64,000 bases of DNA, taken from Octopus vulgaris. Lineage: Eukaryota. A program made the position numbers and the translations under genes. Shown here piece after piece: positions 1 to 12,462 of the stretch (positions are counted from its first letter, which is position 1; each line of letters begins with the position of its first letter). The stretch is from NCBI GenBank assembly GCA_951406725.2, contig OX597826.1, positions 78,616,001 to 78,680,000 on the forward strand, given 5' to 3'. The notes beneath the pieces are model-generated. The model worked only from the letters and a program-made list of their open reading frames with translations, did not search any database and was not told the DNA's origin.

Positions 1-774
1 ACATTCCAGAGAGGGGGATTTGAGATAGGGAAGTGGAGGAAGCGGAGGAAGGGATGGGGAATTCTTCGACATTCCAGAGAGGGGGATATTAGATAGGGAA
101 TGGGAGGAAGGGGAAGAAGGGAAGGGAGAATTCTTCGACATTCCAGAGAGGGGGATTTGAGATAGGGAAGGGGAGGAAACGGTGGAAGGGAAGGGAGTTT
201 TCTTCCACATTCCAGAGAGGGGCATTTGTGAGGGCGAAGTGGAGGAAGGGGAAGATGGGGAGTGAGAGATCTGCGACATTCGAGAGAGGGGGATTTGAGG
301 GGGGAAAGGTGAGTAAGAGGAGGTAGGGGAGGGAGAAATCTTCGATATTCCAGATAGGGTGATTTGAGATGTGGAAGTGGAGAAAGGGGAGGGTGAAACA
401 TTTGGAATTCCAGAGAGAGGGATTTGAGAGGTAAATGGGAAAAACGGGAGGAAGTGGAAGGAGAAATCTTCGACATTCCAGAGAGGGGAATTTGAGAGGG
501 GTAGGGGAGGATTGGGAGGAAGGGGAGGGAGAAATCTGCGACATTCCAAAGGGGGGTATTTGAGAGAGGTAAGGGGACGAAGGAGAGGGGGATTTGAGAG
601 GGAGAAGTTGAAAAAATGGAGGGAGAAATTTTCGAAATTCCAGAGAGTGGTATTTGAAAGGGGGAAGGGGAAGAAGGGGGAAGGGGAGGGAGAAATCTTC
701 TACATTCCAGAGAGGGGGATTTTAGAGGAGGAAGGGTATGAAGGGGAGGGAGAAATGTCAGGCATTCCAGAGAG
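1..774. repeat. Purine/G-rich ~69-bp tandem satellite (left block, runs off window start)
   Basis: The unit GACATTCCAGAGAGGGGGATTTGAGA...GGGAGAAATCTTC recurs, with ACATTCC at 1, 69, 138, 207 and onward. Confidence 0.9.
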
Positions 775-1432
775 GAATGTCAGGAATGTGAAGAATTTGA
801 TATATATCAGGAATGCCTGGAATGTCAGGGATGTCTGGAAAGTCTGTAATGTCAGAAATGGCTGGAATGTCTCGAATGTCAGGAATGTCTGAAATTTCAG
901 GAATGTGTGGAATGTCAAAATTATCAGGAATGTCATTAACGTCGTTTAACGTCATTTAACGTCATTAACGTCATGTCAGAGATGTCTGGTATGTCAGGAA
1001 TGTCTGGAATGTGAGGAGTGTCAGGAATTTCTGAAATGTGAGAAATGTAAGAATATCAGGAATTCCTGGAATGTGTGGGATGTCAGGAATGTCTGGAATG
1101 TCAGGAATATCTGGAATGTCAGGAATATCTGGAATGTCAGGAATATCTGGAATGTCAGGAATATCTGGAATGTCTGGAATGTCTGGAATGTCAGGAATAT
1201 CTGGAATGTCAGGAATATCTGGAATGTCAGGAATGTCTGGAATGTCAGGAATATCTGGAATGTCAGAAATGTCTGGAATATCTGGAATGTCTGGTTGTCA
1301 GGAATGTCAGGAATGTCTATAATGTGAGAAATGTGTGGAATGTGTGGAATGTGTGGAATGTGAGGAATGTCAGGAATGTCTGGAATGTGAGGAGTGTCGG
1401 GAATTTCTGAAATGTCTGAAATGTGAGAAATG
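775..1432. repeat. 9-bp tandem array GGAAT(G/A)TC(A/T), with a short (TTAACGTCAT) 10-mer patch at ~935-975
   Basis: Direct reading shows many GGAATGTCA/GGAATGTCT/GGAATATCT units; it produces the SGM/SGI and RNV/WNV ORF artefacts. Confidence 0.95.
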
Positions 1433-1965
1433 TCCGACATTCCAGGGAGGGGGATTTGAGAATGGGAAAGGGAGGAAGGGGAGTGAGAAAACTTCGACAT
1501 TTCGGAGAGGGGGGATGGGAGGAAGCGGAGGGAGAAATCTTCGACATTCCAGAGAGAGGGGATTGGAGAGGGGGAAGGGGAGGGAGAAACCTTTAACATT
1601 CGGGAGAGGGGGATTTCAGAAGGGAAGGTGAGGAAGTAGATGGTGAAATCTTCAACATTCCAGAGAGGGGGATTAGAGAGGGGGAAGGGGTGGGATAAAT
1701 CTTTTGCATTCCAGTGATGGGGATTTGAGAGGAGCAGAGGAAGAATGGGAGGAGAATTCTTCAACATTCCAGAGAGGGCGATATGAGAGGGGGAAGGGGA
1801 GCAAGTGGATGAAGCGTAGGGAGTAATCTTCAACATTCCAGTGAGGGGGATTTGAGAGGAGGAGGGGAGGGAGAAACCTTCAACATTCGGAGAGGGGGAT
1901 TTCGGAAGGGAACGTGAGGAAGGAGATGGAGAAATCTTCAACATTCCAGAGAGGGAGTGGTGGGA
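1433..1965. repeat. Purine/G-rich satellite (right block, more diverged 50-70 bp units), grading into (GAG)n/(CAG)n
   Basis: Same AATCTTC(G/A)ACATTCCAGAGAGGGG core as 1-774. Confidence 0.85.
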
Positions 1966-3182
1966 AGGTGGAGAGGAGGAAGAGGAGGAGGACCAGGAGG
2001 AGGACGAGGAGGACGAGGAAGACGAGGAGTTGGAAGAGGAGGAGGTGGAGCAGCAGCAGCAGCAGCAGCAGCTGCTGCAGCAGTTGCAGCAGCATAGCAG
2101 CATCGGCGGCAGCGGCGGTGGTTTGAGAGGAAAGTTTAACAGCAAACTAGGACGAACCAGAATAAAAGATTGTAAAGTATAGCCGAAATCTGTTGGTGAG
2201 TCTGTTTTCAATATGTCTAAGCTTTCAAATAAGTCGAGACAAATAGATTCCAAGTGTCTGATAGAGAAAACTAAAAGCATAAGAGATGCAAGGTCAAGGT
2301 CTGCTGATGGGGTTTTAACGAGAATATGGATGTTATATTTTAGATAATGTCTCCAAAAGCCGAAGCTAGTAAGTACTAACACTACAAGAGAGTAAAAAAA
2401 AAAGACGAAGCAAAATGAGAAGAAAAATGATAAACTTCTTTTGAGGAATCATGTGTCGTCTGCAAGAAAGAAGTGGATGTTCGCAGAAGTAGTGTTACAA
2501 TATAAATAATAATGTTTAATATAAACAGAGTGATTGGAAAAAATACATTAGCCAGATATTTCAATGCGACTTGGCTTGATGTAACCGAGCGACTGGAAAA
2601 ATATTTTCGAGTCATCGTTAACTGTAACGTAGCCTTAAGTAGAAATGAGTTGTAAGACATTGTGAGAGGAACAATTTTCTTACACCATATTCGTAGCGGT
2701 GGAGAAAAGGATTTCGTGAAATTTAATAGGGATATTTGTAACACAATATCAATACACGACCTACGTCTATTTTATTACTTGTGTAAATTAATGTGGACAG
2801 TGAAAAGCAGGGCTAAACTAAAATAATTATTGCCAAAATTTACCAATATCAATTGATGAGATAGCGGGGTTTTAACGAGGATATAAAAAATGTGCCTGAT
2901 TTTTTTGAGAGGTCAAAATAAATAAGATTCGTGTCTGATAGAGGAAAACAGGGGAAAGATGAGAATAAAATTACTTGCCTACTAACAAGGCCTTCTGGTA
3001 TGAATGTTTGTATTTTTGTATTCTTCAGTATTGCTGAATACAAAAAATGTTATTGCAATGATGATGTTTATTACTTTGATACGGTCGGACTCTTTTGTAC
3101 AATCAATTTTATTTCTGAAAAGATACAGAAATGGGTGGAACAATTCCACTATTTTCAGATACTACCTTGCCGGTAAAAGCAT

Positions 3183-3279
<97 letters not shown>

Positions 3280-3819
3280 TGTGTGTGTCTGTGTCTGTGT
3301 CTGTGTGTGTGTTTGTGTAAATGGTTCAAAAATATAACAAATAAATATAGAATGTATTAGATTCACGCTTACAAAATAGGAAAGAATAAGGAAATGCCTT
3401 TTCTGCTTCGAGTACAGACTCTTCTTCTGAAAGAGGAAAAGAAAATTGGATGACAAAAATGTACGTGCATACAACCGTCACGATGTGCTAAAATGACCGG
3501 AAGAGGGGGTGGAGGTCGTTTTAGTTGTAAGGGTGTGGGGCAACTGTGAACCTGGCATATGTATCTGTGTACATTCATGCGGGTATGTATGTAGGGGTGG
3601 AGCCTTACGTATGTGTATACCAAGTGGAAACGGTGTGGTTAACTGAAAAAAGTTTGGTATTTTAAGCCGTTATGGTTCGAAGTCGGGAAAGAAACAAAAT
3701 TAATTCTTGCTCCAGACGGAGACTGGAGTTCGTGGGCCTCTGAACAAGGCTAGTCTGGCCACATATGTTGAAGGGCCAAACGGTCATCCAGGCATCAGTT
3801 TATGGTCATATATCAATGA

Positions 3820-4290
3820 CCATAAACCCAGAGCCACCGAAAAGAAGAATGCTGTTTGTTATTCCATATCCGATAGGGTTCGGCAACAAACGGGTAGAAT
3901 TTGCTTATTTTTCTGCCTTGGTGCCACCAGAAAGACATTCTTCCTCCGTCTATTACTTGCCAAAGTCCGTCAGCATAAAGCCATAGCCACTTCAGTTGTT
4001 TCCTCGTGTATCGCTGTCGCTCTTCTTCCTGGGAGTCATACAAAGCTTTCTTCTTCCAGTCTCCTAATGTACAGAGACATAAATGAGGCACTTATTTTCA
4101 AAATTGCTTTGAATTTGGGAAACGGACAAATTCTTAAGAGATGCCAAACGATTGTCTGGGATGAATGTAAGAGCTCTGGGAATCTAGACATGACATTGCA
4201 GGAATTGAAGCACAATAGAAATCAAATAGTAAGAGCAGTCTTTAAACTATCCACAAGCATGAGAATCAATCTCTTTCGAAATCACTTTTC
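3820..4290 (+). pseudogene. Helitron PIF1-family helicase remnant
   Basis: ORF 3707-4369 contains GRICLFFCLGATRKTFFLRLLLAKVRQHKAIATSVVSSCIAVALLPGSHT (degenerate Walker A GGTGKT and AVASSGIAATLLPGGRTAH), ILKRCQTIVWDEC (Walker B), LDMTLQEL and KLSTSMRI (LTTNMR); the intervening motifs are deleted. Confidence 0.85.
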
Positions 4291-4816
4291 TGGTCTTTTT
4301 TGTCAAATTTGTCCCAATTTCGAAAGTAATGGCACCATGGACGTAGTACCTACAAAACGCAGAAACTAAGGGTACGGATGATTTAAAACACACACACATA
4401 CACGCACACACACATACATACATACATACATACATACATACATACATACATACATACATACATACATAAATACATATACACAAATACACCCACGCACAAC
4501 CGCACATAAATTCGGAAATGTTAAAGTTTCTGAAGTACGAATACCTTTGGAAGAAGCGTTTCCAATGTTTAGAACAGATGTTTTCTGCGAAGAGACAAAG
4601 TGTTTCCAACGTCCTTAGAACAACGACCTTCATAATACTGCGGAGAATGTCAGAAATGATTTCACACTCGAGAAAACAACAAATAAAGCCGCCTAAAACT
4701 CGCCCTCATAACATCCGGTTCTTTTGTGTCGAGATGAACGTTCGTTCTCAGCTTCCAAATAACGATCGAACAGGTTTTCCGATGGGTTTTATACATAACG
4801 CATGTATAAAACCCAT

Positions 4817-5232
4817 AGGTGCAGGAGGGGCTGTGTGGTAAGTAGCTTGCTAACCAACCACATGGTTCCGGGTTCAGTCCCACTTCGTGGCATCTTGGGC
4901 AAGTGTCTTCTGCTATAGCCTCGGGCCGACCAATGCCTTGTGAGTGGATTTTATAGATGGAAACTGAAAGAAGCCCGTCGTATATATGTATATATATATA
5001 TATGTGTGTATGTATGTTTGTGTCTGTGTTTGTCCCCCTAGCATTGCTTGACAACCGATGTTGGTGTGTTTACATCCCCGTCACTTAACGGTTCGGCAAA
5101 AGAGACCGGTAGAATAAGTACTGGGCTTACAAAAGAATAAGTTACGGGGTCGAGTTGCTCGATTAAATCGGTGCTCCAGCATGGCCGCAGTCAAATGACT
5201 GAAACAAGTAAAAGAGTAAAAGAGTAAAGAGT
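4817..5232 (+). mobile_element. tRNA-derived SINE, family A (internal microsatellite, CR1-like 3' tail)
   Basis: A-box GGCTGTGTGGT, B-box GGTTCAGTCCC, GGGCAAGTGTCTTCT body and tail CGGTGCTCCAGCATGGCCGCAGTCAAATGACTGAAACAAGTAAAAGAG; more than 10 copies in the window. Confidence 0.9.
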
Positions 5233-5542
5233 ATAACAATTTTTTTGCTTTTCTTTTAATATTTTTTATTTTCATTTCTTTCTTATTTATTAATATTGTG
5301 TCCGTGCGTGAGTGCAAGTGAGAATGCGAACTTTAGCGCAATTTCTGAGGTCCGTGTGTGTTTCACAACACGTATATATATATGTGTGTGTGAGCTGATG
5401 AACGTGTACGTATGTGCGTTTATGAGTGAATGTGTGTGCGTGCATGCAGATGAGAACATTCCATCCGTTAGCACAGCTTGTATTGTTCGCGTGTGTTTTA
5501 TGTCTTTACGTGTGTGTGCGTGCGTGAGAGTATGGGTATGCA

Positions 5543-5578
<36 letters not shown>

Positions 5579-6474
5579 CGTGCGTAAGTGTATATTTGTG
5601 TTTCAGTAATCTTGTGTGCATGTTTACGTGTATGTGTATGTCTATGCCCCTATTATCCATCTATATGTTTATGTGTTTGTAGCGATGGGCTGTGAGAATC
5701 TGCTGCTGACAACCTTTTGATTGCAGTCAATGACCTGACCAAACAATCCCTCTTTCTTAACCTGGACATTTCTTCCATTCAAAACCTCACCACCTCCTTT
5801 GCGGCTTTATCTCTCTCTCTCTCTCTCTTCCCAACTCGCAATCTCCCAAATTTTCGTATCCCCTTTGTTTCAACACTGTTTTATTCCTGGCCACTCTTAT
5901 TTTCTATCGTTCTCTTCTGTTTCAACCATTAGCCATTGTTCATATCTGTTGATCAGGTTTCACTCAGATATTGTCCGTGAATGCATAAATCCCAGGTTCT
6001 CCATTACTTAGATCGCTCACCTGGATATCAACTAAAATAGATTTCCAATTTCTCTCCCTCCCCAACTCCTCCGAATACATACCACTTCTCCTCCCAGTCC
6101 TCGAACTCCTCCAACTACCACCAACTCTTCCACTATATCCGTTTCTGCTTTATGGACATCTAACTCGTTTTACCCTTCTCCGAAGTCAACAACCTTAATG
6201 GCTTCAACGCCCACAACACTTCTTGGTTCCCACACTCACACGGATGACCATGGAGCAGAAAACGAATTTTCCACAGTCCTTAATTTTGCACAAAAACCAA
6301 TTTTATATTTCCCATGCATCTGTTGGGTCGTCGGAGCATTTTCATACTTGGATTGTCCATCACATATCCAGATACTACACAAAGCAACCGACCCGTCGGA
6401 CACTAAAAGTTCAAATCAGCTGCTTGTTCGGAGTTCCACAATATCTGTAGCAACTTCATACATATGGCAATACG

Positions 6475-6691
6475 TATTTCTTTACTACCCACAAGGAGCT
6501 AAACACAGAGAGGACAAACAAGGACAGACAAACGGATTAAGTCGATTACATCGACCCCAGTACGTAACTGGTACTTAATTTATCGACCCCGAAAGGATGA
6601 AAGGCAAAGTCGACCTCGGTGGAATTTAACTCAGAACGTAACGGCAGACGAAATATGGCTACGCATTTCGCCCGGCGTGCTAACGGTTCTG
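6475..6691 (-). mobile_element. SINE family B (tail type 2), 5'-truncated, flanked by a 31-bp direct repeat
   Basis: Reverse complement of ...GAGTTAAATTCCACCGAGGTCGACTTTGCCTTTCATCCTTTCGGGGTCGATAAATTAAGTACCAG...; flanking repeat at 6444-6474 and 6688-6718. Confidence 0.9.
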
Positions 6692-7124
6692 TAGCAACTT
6701 CATACATATGGCAATACGCATGCTTCATCTTAATGTATCAGAAACAACTAAACGAGTGACTGAGAGGTGGTGGTGGTGATGGAGGTGATACCAACACGTC
6801 GCTTCGACTCGTAAATTTGTTTATACGTTCAATGCTCGTTCGTTTCTTAAAAGTTTGTTATATAACATTTATTTAAGCAAATCAGGTTTTGAGCTGGTTG
6901 TCTCTTTTGCTGCTTATTCCTTTGGGTCTCAAATTTGTAAAAGATTTCTTCAAATTTATTTGCAAACATGGTGTCGGGTTCCACAAGAGAAGTGGCAGGT
7001 GACTCACAAAGAAAGGTGCAGCACATGAAGTGGGGGGGAGAACGATTCTCAAGCGTTGTGAGTTCAAAGTCCAAGTAATTATGCCTCTGCTACAGCAGCA
7101 AACAATAGAACAGGAAAAACAACA

Positions 7125-7162
<38 letters not shown>

Positions 7163-7499
7163 ATTAATAAAAGCAACAGCAACAGTAGCAGCAGTTGCAG
7201 CAACGGTTACCAAGATGTCATTCTGCTCCTGGAGGGGGAGGTGTGTTAACATCGTTGAAAGTTCAAACTTCAAAAAGTTGCAAACACTAGTATGACGGTA
7301 AACGACATTAGTAGTAAAAAAAACAACAGTAACAACAGAAACGATAGCAAGGATGAAAGCAATAACACCAAAAAAACCCAAACCCCAAACACCACTAACA
7401 GCAACAATAATTGTAACAACATTAACGTTTCTTTGTTGGTGTAGTCTCCTCCCCACAGGAACTATACAGTCTACTCCAAGAAGACAAGCGGACCAAATT

Positions 7500-8020
7500 A
7501 CAGGACGCTGCTCGATTTATGAAAACTGAGGTGGGGAAAGATAGAGCTTACGCCTCCTCCTGAAACAAGCTGTAACTACTAGAGCGACTGTTGAATCCTT
7601 GCAGGAGTTTTAATAGCTCGTCACTGGAGATGGCTACGAAAGTGCATGTAGAAATGGGTCCTTGCGATGTATGGCTGGGCATCGAACACATATCAAGGTA
7701 GTTCGATGGTGTCGAGACGCTAGCAGTATAACACTCAGTGGTCACTCGGCCTAATTATTTGGGAAGACGAGCAGTAAAAGTAACAATGACAGGGTTGCTT
7801 TCAGAATTAGACCTCTGGTGGATATTGGCATGTATAGTGTTGTAGGGAAGCGTAACATGACTGGATGTGACTAGAACGATGAGGTTTGGCACCAGTATGA
7901 ACTCCTTTCTCCATGTAAAACTTGAGTATATGGAAAATATCCCAAACATCACATACAACATACCATTTGAAGTAATCCATAGGCCAAAAATGGTTTGCTA
8001 TCCCCCTATGGAGTGTGTTC
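7500..8020 (+). pseudogene. Possible ORF1 (gag-like) relic of an L1/Tx1-type LINE
   Basis: Reads PNYLGRRAVKVTMTGLLSELDLWWILACI with stops; resemblance to ORF1 RRM regions only, with no diagnostic motif. Confidence 0.25.
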
Positions 8021-8171
8021 TTCTGGTTTAGCATATATCAGTTAAAGGTTTTAGCGCAAAATAAAAGGAACTGACAGATAATGTGGTTTGATTTTGTACA
8101 CTTGATACTTGTATTGTTATCTGCAGAACATTTTTCATTTACTTATTTACTTCGTCTGTGTATTATAACAT

Positions 8172-8254
<83 letters not shown>

Positions 8255-8261
8255 TATTACT

Positions 8262-9450
8262 AATGCTTCCAGAACCCACGTTTATGGCATGATATCTCAG
8301 CCACCTGGTAACCAGCATATGCTATACTCAAACCCTTGTTTCTCATTCTACAGTCTTTGATAATGGCCTGATTGATCAGTAATTGATTATTTGCAGTCAT
8401 AGAACCTTAGCAACACCCTTATACTCTTCGAGAAATTTGTTAATCTGTCCAAATATTTATTTTTCCTCTCGTTGTTATTGCAGTTAAGGATTAGGGAGCT
8501 GCAGAAAAGAGGTTCTGAGTCATTAGGATTTAATGTTTACTGATTCTTTAGTCATGGAAACGAAGATGGTTTCCTCTTCAGGTGTTGTGTCTGCTTCCAA
8601 TCCTGTGTTCGTTGATATGAAGAATCTTGTTCGTGGTGGATTTCTGTTTTCTTTTTACCAAGCTCTTGAAACAAATGCTGTCATTTTTCATACCAACAGA
8701 ATATGATTTAACGAAGATCTCTTTTCTCAGCCGTTCTTTGATTTCGGATTTTCTTTCTACGTTGTAGTTCAGTAGTGTTTGTCTCTACTCTCGTTCTGTT
8801 ATTGAGTTCATTAAAGAGTGAGAGTCAAGTATCTCACGTTTTCTCTATCTTTCTCTGTATATTTCATCACCATTTTGTTTTCTTGGGTTTGGGTATACCT
8901 CCTCCTCCTCCTCCTCTTCCATCTCCTGTATATGTAGATCAAAGGGGGTAATTCCCGCTTTCTTTCGGAGCAACAATGGCAGCTACATGTACAATGTTAA
9001 TTTGATTACATTGGCGTTCGTGTTCGTTTTCATTAAGTCCTTCGTAGCTTCGCCATTTTTATTGTTGTTGCTTCATTCTTCTAGCTTTGTTATCTTTGCT
9101 CAATACATTCGTCGGTCCACAGGAATAGTTATTTTGCTTTAATTGTTTTCTCCTTACGATTGTCATGTTCATGTTTGCAGCTTTATAATCACCAATTCTT
9201 GAATATTCTTCATATTCCATTTTATTTATATTTTTGTTTGAGCTGTATAGGTTTCTGGTTTTTTTTTTTTTTTCTTAACCAATATTCCGCAGTTTTTCTG
9301 GAGTTTGGTTTTATTATTGGTTTCGTTTTTGGCTTTGTATTCCATTTTTGTATTTATCTTTTACACGTGTAATTCCTATCCTCGGGATATGTTTTCTCAT
9401 AGTTTCTATGTTTGATACTTCTTGTATTTTCATTATGCGTTCTTTCAATT
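8262..9450 (-). pseudogene. R4/Dong-like (REL-type) non-LTR retrotransposon RT remnant
   Basis: Minus strand reads LINQAIIKDCRMRNKGLSIAYAGYQ then, after a frameshift, DIMP*TWVLEAL, matching the R4-type DQLLINKAI...LSMAWIDYKKAYDMVPHSWILE; many stops and frameshifts. Confidence 0.7.
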
Positions 9451-9704
9451 CTTGTATTTCGATTCCTGATTCTTTTTGACTTTGGTAAAGTATCTTGGTA
9501 TATTACTTAATCTGTGGAGATCCAATATTACGTTCAGATCCGGGTTATTTCCCCTTCAAATTTTACGCAAGTGCATTACCGAAGTATAAACTACGCATAC
9601 TTTCTTGGTCACGTTTTAAGCAATATTCATCATTTAACCTCATCATTACCATCATATTACCATTCCATTCGAGACAGACTTCACGGTTCCTCTCCTGTGT
9701 TACC

Positions 9705-9890
9705 ACTCTTTTACTCTTTTACTTGTTTCAGTCATTTGACTGCGGCCATGCTGGAGCACCGCCTTTAGTCGAGAAAATCGACACTAGTACTTATTCTATC
9801 GGTCTGTTTTGCCGAACCACTAAGTTACGGGGACGTAAACACACCAACATCGATTGTCAAGCGATGTTGGGGGAACAAACACAGACACAA

Positions 9891-9976
<86 letters not shown>

Positions 9977-10136
9977 GATGGGCTTCTTTCAGTTTCCGTC
10001 TACCAAATCCACTCAGAAGGCTTTGGTCGGCCCGAGGCTATTGTAGAAGACACTTGCCCAAGGTGCCACTCAGTGGGAATGAACCCGGAACCATATGGTT
10101 GGGAAGTAAGCTACTTACCACACAGCCACTCCTGCG
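9705..10136 (-). mobile_element. SINE family A
   Basis: Reverse complement of the 4817 element, with an expanded internal (TA)n(TG)n. Confidence 0.9.
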
Positions 10137-11128
10137 ACTATAAGATAAGATTTCGCACACATCCCCAGTTTCTGAAGGCGTTATTCAGATAGATAGAAGA
10201 GCATACGGCTTTTCCTAGCAACCAATCAAGAACCTCCAATGACGATAACTCAATTTTAAACTAAAGCACCACCCGGCAAATCGTATTATTTGTTTATAAA
10301 ATGAGTGATTAAGTTCCATAAATTTTATTTAGCTTTGGAAGTGTTTTCCCTGAAGTGTTTTGCATCCTTCGTGGAAACCGAATGTAAAAATCATTGAACA
10401 ATTTTGAAGTCTTACAGAAAACATCCATAACTCTCAGCCATAAAAGAAATGGCTCTAAGCTATAAAAGAGATGGCTCTCGGCCATAAAAGAGAACTGGCT
10501 CAATGGCATCACAAACGAAGTCGGTTTTTAACGGATCGGCTTAAAACACGCGTAGAATATTTTTAAGAAATTTACATACATACAAAATGTTAACGTGTTT
10601 ATATTTTTAGATGAGAACGTGTTGAAAAGTGTATTTGAATGTACTCGTGCGTATTTGCGCAATTATTTATGTACATATGCGATTGCAGATATTTAATGCA
10701 CGTTGTGTACGACAGGTGCAAGGATATATACATGTGTGCACAGACACATGAGATGTGTATGGCAGGGTTTTGGTTGAATTTGAGTGTCGGTGATACTGTT
10801 ACGTGCAAGTATGCGAATCTAATAATTCCGTCTTTGTTGTTAATTTTCCTTACAGGGATCTACCCTATCCCGGATTTATGCAAAGTTCCCGGATTATTGC
10901 TGAAGTCATATCGCGCCAACACTAGATATGTGTTGTCAGAAGAGAAGAGTAGATTCTGTTCGCCATCTTGTCACAACAGCTTTTCTTTTCTTTTTTTTCT
11001 TTTTTCTTTTTTCTTTTTTTTTTTTTTCACTTTTCAATCCAAAATGGTTGACAAAGCGGGGACGTCAGCACGCCTGGAAAATTTTGGTTTCAGCTAATTG
11101 CTTTCAGCTGACTGAATTAAATTACACA

Positions 11129-11172
<44 letters not shown>

Positions 11173-11280
11173 CATATATACATACACGCAAATATGTGAT
11201 GTTGTAATACATTTATACATTACTTTATAAGCATATATACATATATATATATGTATGTATGCACGAATGTATAGGCGTGC

Positions 11281-11343
<63 letters not shown>

Positions 11344-11950
11344 CGTGCGCGTGTGTTACTTCCCTGTCGTTAAATTGCTTAATTGTCTGATCTATTAAGA
11401 AGCTGTCAAAATCAAAATATGTCTGTACTGCTTGCTTTCAGTTGTACAGGTGGTGGCGCTGCCAGCGACACTTTAAATGCTCATGGCGGTTTGTGTGGTA
11501 GGGGGTTCTTTTCTATAGTAATAGCAACAGCAGCAGCAGCAGCAGTAGTAGCAATGATGGTAGTAGTAACAGCTGTAGTAATAGTAGTAGTAGTAGTTAA
11601 TTTTATGTTACTTTTTACTATTAAATATCTTTATTAAATGATAGCTTGAATGTTCAGTCTGAGTTCTGTATTTTAATTATTGGTAATTTGCATGCAAAGA
11701 TTATGTTTGGGAGCTTGTATTCTCCTAATTGCATTCGCCAATGGCTTCCTACTTAAAACTGAAGTGTGATGTATCTTATCTTTCATATAGATTTATAATT
11801 ACAGCAGTGGGCAAACTATTTCTCCTTTCTTTTCTCTCTCTATCTCTCACTTCCTCTCCTAACCACCGGGTTTCTATTTCAAAAGATGTATGTGCATACA
11901 CACACAAAATATATATGTGCATACACACATATATGTATATATATATATAA

Positions 11951-12108
<158 letters not shown>

Positions 12109-12176
12109 ATGTATGTATGTATACGAATATACACACATATATATAAATACACTTTTCGGTATTATCTTCCAAGAAT

Positions 12177-12296
12177 ACAGTTCTATATTTAAGATATGAG
12201 GAATTATGAAGACTGGAAGGTATCTCAGCCGAAACGTTGCGTTAACAACAAACAAGATGAGGAAAAATATCCGTCAAACGTAAATAATGTAAATAA
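12177..12296 (+). mobile_element. 120-bp Penelope-like fragment with partial hammerhead, flanked by a 14-bp direct repeat
   Basis: TATCTTCCAAGAAT at 12163-12176 and 12297-12310; inside is TGAAG-ACTG...CAGCC-GAAAC-GTTGC-GTT. Confidence 0.55.
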
Positions 12297-12462
12297 TATC
12301 TTCCAAGAATTTCGGGGCTTTATGTTCTCTGGTTATGCTCTGATAAGTCAGTATGTTCCAAGAGTCACTAATCAAATTATTTTCGTGAAAGTAATTAATA
12401 AATTACTGAAACCATGCTTTCATTTATTGAATACCAAGCACTTTTATTACAGATTTTTTTAA

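Noticed and set aside
1-1965. Telomeric repeat
   Set aside because: G-rich but contains no (TTAGGG)n array.
1021-2382. 453-aa minus-strand ORF and overlapping ORFs at 89-1631
   Set aside because: They are translations of the satellites, open in several frames, with non-ATG starts and no domain.
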